Part shown: positions 8,366 through 15,499 of the stretch, one piece after another | Position numbering within the stretch: the first letter of the stretch is position 1 | How the letters are laid out: each line of letters starts with the position of its first letter | Assembly: GCA_045537795.1 (NCBI GenBank) | Contig: JAZSQE010000068.1 | Coordinates: 56,252 to 120,251 of the forward strand | DNA: 64,000 nt | Source of the DNA: Kiritimatiellia bacterium | GTDB lineage: Bacteria; Verrucomicrobiota; Kiritimatiellia; RFP12; UBA1067 | Direction: 5' to 3' | Made by a program: the position numbers and the translations under genes | The notes under the pieces: generated by a model | The model's database searches: none | What the model was told of the DNA's origin: nothing | The model's input: only the letters and a program-made list of their open reading frames with translations

Positions 8366-10500
8366 CTCATCAGGTCCTTGCCGTAATCGCGTTCCATACG
8401 TTTGAGCTTCCAGCGGATCTGCTCCGTGCCGCCGCCGTATTCCATCGACGGCTCCCAGCCGAGGCGCGAATCGTTTTCGACGAAGACGAGCGCCGCCTTG
8501 GCGTTGGCGTATTCGGCGCGGGCCGCCTCCATGAGTTCCTTTCCGTCTCCGTTCCTGAACGCGATCGCGCCGCGTTTGACGTTGACGGCCGTGCGGCAGG
8601 CGGCGGCGAAATATCCGGCGAGATTCGCCATGTTCTCGGCCTGGGCCTTCCGCCGGCCGGAGAGACCGTTCGCCATCGCGAGGAATTCAGCGCGCCCCTC
8701 TTCATAACGCGCGGCCATCGGCTCGAGAAGTTCGATCTCCTTGGCGAAATATTCGTTGTCCATGCGCTCCGGAGTGAGCTGCGGCACATAGCCCTCCTTC
8801 AGGTAATCGAGGCGGCAGATGCCGATGGAGTTCGACGCGTATTTCTTCGCGGGGAACTCCTCTTTCGTCGCCGTGGCGCGCCCGAACGTGAACGGATAGG
8901 CGGGGCCGATCCTGAAAGTGCCGTACTGGTTGCAGTCGGTCGGCACGTAGTCTTCGGCCGATTCGCTCCACGACTTCCAGACGGCGACGGCCGTATCGGC
9001 GTTCTCTTCGCCGAAGTCGCGCGCGGCGATCATCCTGAGATGGCGGTCGAAGGGAATGCCGCCTTTGACGTACGCCTCCTTCTCGAGTTCCGCGACAAAG
9101 CTCGGCCACCAGCCAAAGTGATGGTTCTCCATCACGCCTGTCAGGTTCCACTTCGCGTTCGCTTCGCGAAGCGCGCTCCAGCGGCGGTTCCACTGCTGCG
9201 GAACAGGTTGATAGGGAACGACGCCGAAGTCCCACGTAAGACCCGACGCGTTCGCCTGAGTGTAGAACTTGAGCCCGCGCATCTTCGCGCGCTCGGCTTC
9301 GCTGACGAAATACTTGCCCGGTCCCGCGAACGAAATCGTGTAATCGGCGGTCGGGCAGTCGATGCCATTGCGCTTTTTGCGGCGTTCAAACATTTCGAAG
9401 GTGGCCATAAGCGTTACGTCCTTCGGCAACGCGTCGATAAGCCTGAGTCGATCCTCCTTCGGCGCCCAGCCCCAGTTGTACGTCCAGAATACGAGCTCCT
9501 GACGCGGGGCTTTGGCCTTGATCGCGCTCTTGACGGCGTCGAGCCATTCGGGATAGTCCGTACAGGGGAACCAGCCCGCGAGAGGACGCTTGTCCTTCTC
9601 GTCGCGCGTCTGCCACATGCGCGGCTGGACGCGCGGATCTTTCGAGGGGAACTGGCAGCTCTCGCCGACGAGAATTATTCCCTTCGCTTCGGGATAATGC
9701 CCGGCGATCCGTCCGTAGGCGTTATTGATCGCCTCGCGCCCGCCCTTGTCGGCAGGATGCGCGAACGCTGTGATGTAGGAATAAAGGTACGTGTCGAGAC
9801 CGTATTTTGCGGCGCGGCGGATAAGCGCCGTGATATCCTGATAGTCCTGCGCCTTCGTCTTGTCGATATCGTCGAGAAAGACGAGGATTGATGTCATGCC
9901 GAAGTGAGCCATCTGAATGAGATGCTCGTCGGGAAAGATATCGTTTCCGTAGCCGGAGTGCGTCATCCTCACCTTCATGAGACTGTGACGCGTCGAAGTT
10001 GCGACCTCGAGGAACGGTGCGCCCCTGAGATTCATGAGATCTTCGAGATGATAAACGCCCTGGGCCGTCTGGCGCTCGTCATACCCCATCACGCTCACCG
10101 CGCCGCAACCGACGCTGACGCGGCACGAGTCGGCTTTGAGCTGCGCGCCGCGGTCGGCGTCTGCATAATCGCGTTGCGAACCGATGACAATCGTGTTTTC
10201 GGCCCCGACGGGCAGACGCGAGAAGCGCCTGATGCACGCTTCGATCTCCATCGAGACGGCGAGATAATCCTCAAAGTCGCGGGCGAGGCGATAGATGAAA
10301 TCGTTCGCATCTTCGCGTATGGCAATGACCGCGCCGTCCTTTATCTCGCACTCCGACGCTTTGCATTTCGCGTCCTTGTCGCGCATACCGCTTTTATGCA
10401 CCGTTTCGAGGCGCTTCCTGAAATCGTATTCTTTCTCCTTGACCGCAAAAACCCCCGAAGCGGTCAACGCCGCCGCCAGCGGCAGAACGAATCTTTTCAT
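8362..10500 (-). CDS. Secreted protein of unknown function, possibly a glycoside-hydrolase-like (beta/alpha)8 barrel
   Basis: The long ORF has the signal peptide MKRFVLPLAAALTASGVFA. I trimmed the start to ATG 10500, which has an AAAGGG SD; the track start at 10527 is a TTG. The central region has alternating strand/helix character (..GIILVGES.., ..LVFWTYNWGW..). I recognised no catalytic motif, so the function is a guess. Confidence 0.75.
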   Translation of the reverse strand: MKRFVLPLAAALTASGVFAVKEKEYDFRKRLETVHKSGMRDKDAKCKASECEIKDGAVIAIREDANDFIYRLARDFEDYLAVSMEIEACIRRFSRLPVGAENTIVIGSQRDYADADRGAQLKADSCRVSVGCGAVSVMGYDERQTAQGVYHLEDLMNLRGAPFLEVATSTRHSLMKVRMTHSGYGNDIFPDEHLIQMAHFGMTSILVFLDDIDKTKAQDYQDITALIRRAAKYGLDTYLYSYITAFAHPADKGGREAINNAYGRIAGHYPEAKGIILVGESCQFPSKDPRVQPRMWQTRDEKDKRPLAGWFPCTDYPEWLDAVKSAIKAKAPRQELVFWTYNWGWAPKEDRLRLIDALPKDVTLMATFEMFERRKKRNGIDCPTADYTISFAGPGKYFVSEAERAKMRGLKFYTQANASGLTWDFGVVPYQPVPQQWNRRWSALREANAKWNLTGVMENHHFGWWPSFVAELEKEAYVKGGIPFDRHLRMIAARDFGEENADTAVAVWKSWSESAEDYVPTDCNQYGTFRIGPAYPFTFGRATATKEEFPAKKYASNSIGICRLDYLKEGYVPQLTPERMDNEYFAKEIELLEPMAARYEEGRAEFLAMANGLSGRRKAQAENMANLAGYFAAACRTAVNVKRGAIAFRNGDGKELMEAARAEYANAKAALVFVENDSRLGWEPSMEYGGGTEQIRWKLKRMERDYGKDLMR

Positions 10501-10534
10501 CTTGGTATACCCTTTCATATTTTTCAACAGATAC

Positions 10535-10543
10535 AGTATACCA
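10535..10543 (-). promoter_or_regulatory. Extended -10-like element TGGTATACT upstream of the 8362..10500 operon
   Basis: The reverse complement of agtatacca is TGGTATACT. It would give a leader of about 28 nt to ATG 10500. Confidence 0.4.
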
Positions 10544-10700
10544 AATTTAGCGGTCAGATATCGGCGTATATCATAGAATATCTTGATAGGGTGACAAGAC
10601 GAAGTAACGATATTGCATCCGTTTCAGCATCACCTTAATTTTGGCAAAAGACAGAAAGCCGAAGAGCGATAAGATTTTTCCGCATTGAATTCTCATTTTA

Positions 10701-10709
10701 TGGTATAAT
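10701..10709 (+). promoter_or_regulatory. Extended -10 promoter element TGGTATAAT reading into the repeat array
   Basis: This is an exact TGGTATAAT in the AT-rich gap. It is followed by the tandem 11-mers GTTGTGGGAAA and GTTGTGGGACA (10717-10738) and then the repeat array. Confidence 0.45.
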
Positions 10710-10746
10710 GTGTCGCGTTGTGGGAAAGTTGTGGGACAAGAAGATA

Positions 10747-10892
10747 TTATCGGTATAAGAAAATCTTGTCGATATGAGAAAAGTTTATCGGTAAGGAAAA
10801 AGTTTATAGATATGAGAAAAATCGTCGATAAGATAAAATTTGTCGGTAAGAGAAAAATTTGTCGGTAAGATAAAAGCCGATATGAGAAAGAC
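10747..10892 (+). repeat. Tandem array of eight degenerate 17-20-bp direct repeats (iteron-like or operator-like)
   Basis: The head-to-tail units are: ttatcggtataagaaaatc, ttgtcgatatgagaaaagt, ttatcggtaaggaaaaagt, ttatagatatgagaaaaatc, gtcgataagataaaatt, tgtcggtaagagaaaaatt, tgtcggtaagataaaag and ccgatatgagaaagac. There are no spacers between units, and the last unit contains the start codon of the next ORF. Confidence 0.85.
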
Positions 10893-11871
10893 TTATCAAC
10901 ATTCGGCGTATTGGTACGCATACAACAAAGGATGGACGCATAGCGATAAGCGTTCATTTGCCGAGCAATATCTTGATTTTCATACATACAGACCCCGCCC
11001 TCGAATGAAGTCTTGCATCAGAGAGCGTCCTTCGCGTGCTTACGGCTCCGGCGGCGGATATTACGGTGCGCGGGGCTCAGGCAGAGAGTATTATGGAGAA
11101 TGGAAATACGGCTACGAAAACGACTTCGATTTCAAAGAATGGAAGAAATGGCGAGATTCATCGAACCTGCCAGACTCCGCTTTCAACCCCCTTTTGTTCG
11201 GCGCTTGCATCGCGATGGATATTGGTGTCGCGATGCGCCATCACGTAAAGACGCTGAAAGACCCCGTGGAGCGCGACCGCATAAAGCGCGAACTTATGCG
11301 CGATTTAAGAATAATCCGCCGCCCCTTCTACTACGAGCGCGAAAAAGCGCGGCGTCGCGAGCTTGCCGCCGAACGTCGCAAGATTCGCCGACGCTCCACG
11401 ACGGCGCCTATGCCTACGCCGGAAAGCATCATGACGGCCTGGGAGAAACGCAAAGACTCGCAGGAGGCGATGATCGTTCTCGGCGCAATGTTGCATGATT
11501 TAGAATGTTACGTCGACAATTGCCTTAAATTCGACAATACGGGCGCGGTCGTCGGCCGCAACGGAGGAATCCGCGGATGGCTTAAAGAAAATCTCCCTGA
11601 GCTCGCGCCGAAATACAAAACGCTTATGCGCTACAAGGCGCTCGCCGTGAGGCTGCGGCAAGTGACCGAAACGAAAGACCCGACACCCACATCAGCGCTT
11701 CTCGACGAGCCGCGCAAAGAAAAAGTCGTCGCCCTTCTTTCGGAAACAAAGCCCTTCTTCACGCATGTCTTCGAATATCTCGAACACGAGCTCTCGGCAG
11801 AGACGGTATTTCTCGACAAGCCGCGAGCGGCGGCTTCGCCGCGACCACATAGACCACGGGAGCCGGCTTAA
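10882..11871 (+). CDS. Orphan hypothetical protein (329 aa), basic, with a possible DNA-binding helix segment
   Basis: The ORF is in frame with track ORF 10840..11871, and I trimmed it to the first ATG (MRKTYQHS). It has a Tyr/Gly-rich N-terminal part (GGGYYGARGSGREYYGEWKYGYE) and an Arg-rich coiled segment (REKARRRELAAERRKIRRR). The segment GGIRGWLKENLPELAPKYKTLMRYKALAVRL loosely resembles the W-x2-WL..N..(RT)A..YM(R/K)LA helix-turn-helix motif of phage/plasmid DUF3102-type proteins. That resemblance is from memory and is weak. Confidence 0.6.
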   Translation: MRKTYQHSAYWYAYNKGWTHSDKRSFAEQYLDFHTYRPRPRMKSCIRERPSRAYGSGGGYYGARGSGREYYGEWKYGYENDFDFKEWKKWRDSSNLPDSAFNPLLFGACIAMDIGVAMRHHVKTLKDPVERDRIKRELMRDLRIIRRPFYYEREKARRRELAAERRKIRRRSTTAPMPTPESIMTAWEKRKDSQEAMIVLGAMLHDLECYVDNCLKFDNTGAVVGRNGGIRGWLKENLPELAPKYKTLMRYKALAVRLRQVTETKDPTPTSALLDEPRKEKVVALLSETKPFFTHVFEYLEHELSAETVFLDKPRAAASPRPHRPREPA

Positions 11872-12007
11872 CCGAATAGCGCTACACGGCTTCACGAAAT
11901 TACCGCACGCCGCAACACCCCGCATTCTTCGAATAACACCTAAAACCTCTTCATACACTCACACGCTCACGCTTCATATCGTACACCCAGTTGCTTCGTT
12001 TACATTA

Positions 12008-12016
12008 TGGTATAAT
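12008..12016 (+). promoter_or_regulatory. Extended -10 promoter TGGTATAAT placed 8 nt before the dinB ATG (leaderless-type arrangement)
   Basis: The sequence is TGGTATAAT-gcctgccg-ATG(12025). No SD is possible in the 8-nt interval. Confidence 0.5.
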
Positions 12017-12024
12017 GCCTGCCG

Positions 12025-13263
12025 ATGAAAACGATTTTGCATGTCGACATGGACGCGTTCTTCGCGTCGGTGGAACTTCTCGCCCACCCCGAGTGGCGCG
12101 GGAAGCCCCTCATTGTCGGCGCGGGGCCTCACGAACGCGGCGTCGTTTCGACCTGCTCGTACGAGGCGCGCAAATACGGTATTCATTCCGCAATGCCTTC
12201 GAGAACGGCCTACGCGCTTTGTCCCCACGCGATATTCACGCCTCCGAACGGCCGGATGTACACGGAAGTCTCCGAAAAGGCGTTCGAAGTCTTCGGGCAT
12301 TTCACCCCGTATATAGAAGCCGTCTCGATCGACGAAGCTTTTCTTGACATAACGGGGTCGATCCACCTTTACGCAAGCGCGCGCGAACTTGGCGAAACGC
12401 TCCGCTCCGAAGTAAAGCGCGCGTGCGGCGTAACGTGCTCGGTCGGCATCGCGCCCAACCGTCTTCTTGCGAAAATAGGCTCCGAGGAAAACAAGCCCGA
12501 TGCGCTGACGATGATGCCTTTCGAACGCGGCGAAATCGCCGCGTTTCTCGAATCAAAGCCCATCTCGGTTTTATGGGGCGTCGGCAAAAAGACGGCGGAG
12601 ATGCTGAAACCGTACGGACTTTCGCTCTGCGGCGACATCCAGCGCACCGACACGGAACGTCTGGCGGCGGTGCTCGGTTCGCGGACGGCCGCCGAAACGC
12701 TGAAGAATTATGCGTTGGGCATCTCCGATGACACCGTGTACTGGGAAGAAGAGCCCGAGAAATCGGTTTCGAACGAACATACTTTCGGCGAAGACGAAAC
12801 GCACCGCGAAATCGTGCGCGCGAAGCTAATCGAACTCGCCGCGAAAGTCGGACGGCGTTTCAGAAGACGCGAGCGATGGGCCGCGACGGCCAAAATGAAA
12901 CTGCGCAATGCCGTCTTCGAAACGTTTTCGCGTCAGATCCCTTTCGACCCTCCCGCCCGTGACGATATATCCTTCCGAGAAAAGGCGCTCGAACTTTTCG
13001 ATGCGATGTGGCCGGAAAACATACGCGCGAAAACGGGGAGAGAAGCCGTGCGCCTGATCGGTTTCGGCGTCGGCAATATTCGCCGGACGCCGCCGGACAG
13101 CGGACAGATGACCCTCTTCCCGTCACCTGACGACAGCGCCCGCAAAAAACGCGAACGCCTTTCGGAAGTCCTCGACAATCTTCACGGCAAAGGGCTGCGC
13201 GTCGCGGAAGGCTTCGGCGCCATACGCGAAACGCGACGCACGGACGGCAAAACAGGCCGGTAA
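12025..13263 (+). CDS. dinB: DNA polymerase IV (Y-family translesion polymerase)
   Basis: ILHVDMDAFFASVE, SYEARKYGIHSAMP and SIDEAFLDIT are canonical DinB/UmuC-family motifs. Confidence 0.93.
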   Translation: MKTILHVDMDAFFASVELLAHPEWRGKPLIVGAGPHERGVVSTCSYEARKYGIHSAMPSRTAYALCPHAIFTPPNGRMYTEVSEKAFEVFGHFTPYIEAVSIDEAFLDITGSIHLYASARELGETLRSEVKRACGVTCSVGIAPNRLLAKIGSEENKPDALTMMPFERGEIAAFLESKPISVLWGVGKKTAEMLKPYGLSLCGDIQRTDTERLAAVLGSRTAAETLKNYALGISDDTVYWEEEPEKSVSNEHTFGEDETHREIVRAKLIELAAKVGRRFRRRERWAATAKMKLRNAVFETFSRQIPFDPPARDDISFREKALELFDAMWPENIRAKTGREAVRLIGFGVGNIRRTPPDSGQMTLFPSPDDSARKKRERLSEVLDNLHGKGLRVAEGFGAIRETRRTDGKTGR

Positions 13264-13269
13264 AAACGA

Positions 13270-13302
13270 AGCGGCCGGCTTGACGCCGGCCGCTACCGTT
13301 TT
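13270..13302. terminator. Bidirectional rho-independent terminator between convergent genes
   Basis: A 10-bp GC-rich stem pairs agcggccggc (13270-13279) with gccggccgct (13285-13294) around the 5-nt loop ttgac. It is followed by accgTTTTc. Confidence 0.7.
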
Positions 13303-13319
13303 CAGCTGCCGCAAACGGC

Positions 13320-14234
13320 TCAGCAGCGACCTTTCGAACGGAGAAATTCGAACGAAGGCGTGATGGCCTTAAAGCTGTCGGCATGACGCTCGCACTCGAC
13401 AACCCACCACTCGACACCGTCCGCATCGGCCGCGGCGGCGACGCAGTCCCAGTCGACGGGTTTGGCGCCGGGCTTGCCGGGCTGACCGAGAATGGCGTCG
13501 AACGTCTTGACGTCCTTGCCCATGCCGTTCTCCTTGGCATGGAGCGTGAAGGAGCGCCCGGGATACTTCTTGAACTGTTCGCAGGGATCGAAACCGGCGC
13601 AGGTCGTCCAGCCGACATCCTGCTCCATCTGAACCTTCTTGTCGGTGTTGCTGAAGAAGTAATCCCAGAAGAGCGAGCCGTCGGTCATCTTGATCTGAAA
13701 CTCCCACATGTGATTGTGCAGACCAACGAGGCAGTCGTACTTCGCACAGTTCTCGGCGGCCGTGTTGTAGTAGTCGCAGAGATTCTTGACGAAATCGTCG
13801 GATTCCTTGCAGGGCGTACCCTTGCCGTCCCACGACCACTTCGGAGGCATATTGCCGCCGCCGGGGCAGCAGATGAAGTTGTTGCCCATCTCAAGGTTGA
13901 ACTCGCAGGTTTTAGCGTAGTTCTCGGGCGAGAACGCGTCGCGGCCGACGTGCGTGCCGCACGCGACAAGACCGTTGTCGTCGAGAAGCTTCTTAAGTTC
14001 CTTGGCGCTCTTGCCCCAGTAGCCCGCGAATTCGACGCCGGCATAGCCGATCTTGGCGACTTCTTCGAGAGCCTTCTCGATGCCGTTCTGCTTGATGTAC
14101 TTGTGGATGGAATAAAGCTGCACACCGACCTTGCCGATCTTCTTGCCGCAGCAGAGCGAACAGCATCCGGGAGCGAGATAGGCAGCGCCGGCGAACGCCG
14201 ACATGCCGAGGAAGTTTCTTCTTGAAAGATTCAT
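13320..14234 (-). CDS. Tat-exported sugar phosphate isomerase/epimerase (xylose-isomerase-like TIM barrel)
   Basis: The Tat motif is MNLSRRNFLGMSAFAGAAYLAPGCC. The sequence IGYAGVEFAGYWG... is typical of the AP-endonuclease-2/xylose-isomerase-like TIM family. Confidence 0.85.
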   Translation of the reverse strand: MNLSRRNFLGMSAFAGAAYLAPGCCSLCCGKKIGKVGVQLYSIHKYIKQNGIEKALEEVAKIGYAGVEFAGYWGKSAKELKKLLDDNGLVACGTHVGRDAFSPENYAKTCEFNLEMGNNFICCPGGGNMPPKWSWDGKGTPCKESDDFVKNLCDYYNTAAENCAKYDCLVGLHNHMWEFQIKMTDGSLFWDYFFSNTDKKVQMEQDVGWTTCAGFDPCEQFKKYPGRSFTLHAKENGMGKDVKTFDAILGQPGKPGAKPVDWDCVAAAADADGVEWWVVECERHADSFKAITPSFEFLRSKGRC

Positions 14235-14254
14235 TTTTTTTCTCCTTTTTCTTT

Positions 14255-15499
14255 TTACGAAAGCCTGTCCATCGTGACGACGGGAATGTTCTTCTTGCAG
14301 AACGCGTCAGTCATCGGTTTCAAGGCAGATTTATCAAACTCGTATCCGTTCGGGCCGAGCGGCCAAATTACCGGAGCCGTGTTGAGGATCGTCGCTTTGA
14401 AGCCCTGCATCGTAGCGCCGACATTTCCGGTATGGGAAGAGTTGCAGCCCTCGTTCTCGATGACGAAAGGATTCTTATAGCCCTTGGCCATGAGCGTTTC
14501 GAGGAACTTCGTCCAGTCGCAGCTGTCGCTGCCGCCGAAACCGGGAAGACGCGGCTCGTAATTGAGTCGATCCCACTCGTGAGCGGCGAGAGGAACGCCC
14601 GCCTTCTTGGCCAATTCAGCCTTGACGTTCTGAATCGGGAAGAGTCGGCCCCAGTGAACAGCCTCTGCGTCGGACGGGAAGTTGCGCGTACCCTTGATAT
14701 GCACGCGGCGCAGCTTCCTGAAATCCATCGCGTTTATGACGTCGCTCGGATCGATATGCTGCCAGATGTCGTGCGAAGGGTCGTACGTCTCCTGAAGATT
14801 TGAATCATCATCAAGAATCGCGTACATAAGCTTACGCGCCGCGAGGCAGCCAGGGAGGTTGCAGTAGCAATCGGTCGAAGAAACCTTGCGCCAACCTTCC
14901 ATCGGGCAGTTTTCGACGCAAACGGTCACACCGAGACTCTTGGCGTATTTGAGGATCGGGGTGAAGACCTTTTTGAACTTCTCGAGATTCTTCTCGAAGC
15001 CGTTCTCTTCATTGCCGAGATCAACATCATATCCCACGAACGAACCGCAAACGACATCGTTCGCGTCACCGCCCAGAAGCGATGCGATGCGAACGAGCTT
15101 GAGTATGTGGTTCTGGTTTTTGATCTGCTGCTCGGGATCGCCGCCGATAAGGTTATCGTACGAACCGACGGAAATACGAAGCCCCGTTTTATTGCAGACA
15201 TCAATGACCTTGCGCGCCGTTTCGGGCGTGAAGTTGTCATACTCGAGGTGAGTGGCGACATGATCCGTGCGGTCGGTATCGCGACGGAAGACGCAAAGCT
15301 CGAGGCCCTGAGCCCCGACTTCGAGAGCGCGTTTAATGACGCCGTCGAAATTCTTCTCGAACGCGAGAGCTGAAGTCATGAGCCAAATCGGGTTGTTGCC
15401 CGCCTTGGGTCTGACGTCGCGCGCAAAAGCGCCTCTGGGCGCTAAAGAGCCGACCGCGGCCAAAGCCGCGGCGCTCTTGAAAAAGTCCCTGCGATTCAT
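14255..15499 (-). CDS. Tat-exported sugar phosphate isomerase/epimerase (xylose-isomerase-like TIM barrel)
   Basis: I trimmed the start to MNRRDFFKSAAALAAVGSLAPRGAFA. The 152-codon Arg-rich extension in the track lies inside the upstream gene. The start overlaps the upstream stop by 1 nt (TGATG). The sequence ..GAQGLELCVF.. ..VCVENCP.. is TIM-barrel family-like. Confidence 0.85.
   Translation of the reverse strand: MNRRDFFKSAAALAAVGSLAPRGAFARDVRPKAGNNPIWLMTSALAFEKNFDGVIKRALEVGAQGLELCVFRRDTDRTDHVATHLEYDNFTPETARKVIDVCNKTGLRISVGSYDNLIGGDPEQQIKNQNHILKLVRIASLLGGDANDVVCGSFVGYDVDLGNEENGFEKNLEKFKKVFTPILKYAKSLGVTVCVENCPMEGWRKVSSTDCYCNLPGCLAARKLMYAILDDDSNLQETYDPSHDIWQHIDPSDVINAMDFRKLRRVHIKGTRNFPSDAEAVHWGRLFPIQNVKAELAKKAGVPLAAHEWDRLNYEPRLPGFGGSDSCDWTKFLETLMAKGYKNPFVIENEGCNSSHTGNVGATMQGFKATILNTAPVIWPLGPNGYEFDKSALKPMTDAFCKKNIPVVTMDRLS

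Noticed and set aside
10501-10527. I considered a leaderless start for the 8362 gene at position 10527, which lies 7 nt after the TGGTATACT element.
   Set aside because: The codon at 10527 is TTG, not ATG. Downstream ATG 10500 has an AAAGGG SD and yields a textbook signal peptide (MKRFVLPLAAALTASGVFA).
10747-10892. I considered whether the tandem repeat array might be a CRISPR array.
   Set aside because: The units are contiguous with no unique spacers, are only 17-20 bp long and are degenerate. There are no cas genes in the window.
10571-10987. A 138-aa minus-strand ORF spans the AT-rich island.
   Set aside because: Its sequence (..FLLPTNFILSTIFLISINFFLTDKLFSYRQDFLIPIISS..) is simply the translation of the tandem repeats. 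It has no start context and overlaps the promoters and the plus-strand ORF.
10528-10990. I considered whether the AT-rich repeat region might be the chromosomal origin (oriC).
   Set aside because: No dnaA, dnaN or gyrB gene is nearby and there is no canonical TTATCCACA DnaA box; only loose resemblances exist (TTATCGGTA, TGTGGGAAA). I see no obvious switch of gene-strand bias at this point. It cannot be fully excluded without a genome-wide GC-skew analysis.
11872-12024. I looked for an SOS (LexA) box upstream of dinB.
   Set aside because: I found no CTGT-N8-ACAG, GAAC-N4-GTTC or TGTTC-N4-GAACA type palindrome. The only one present is a trivial TTCGAA.
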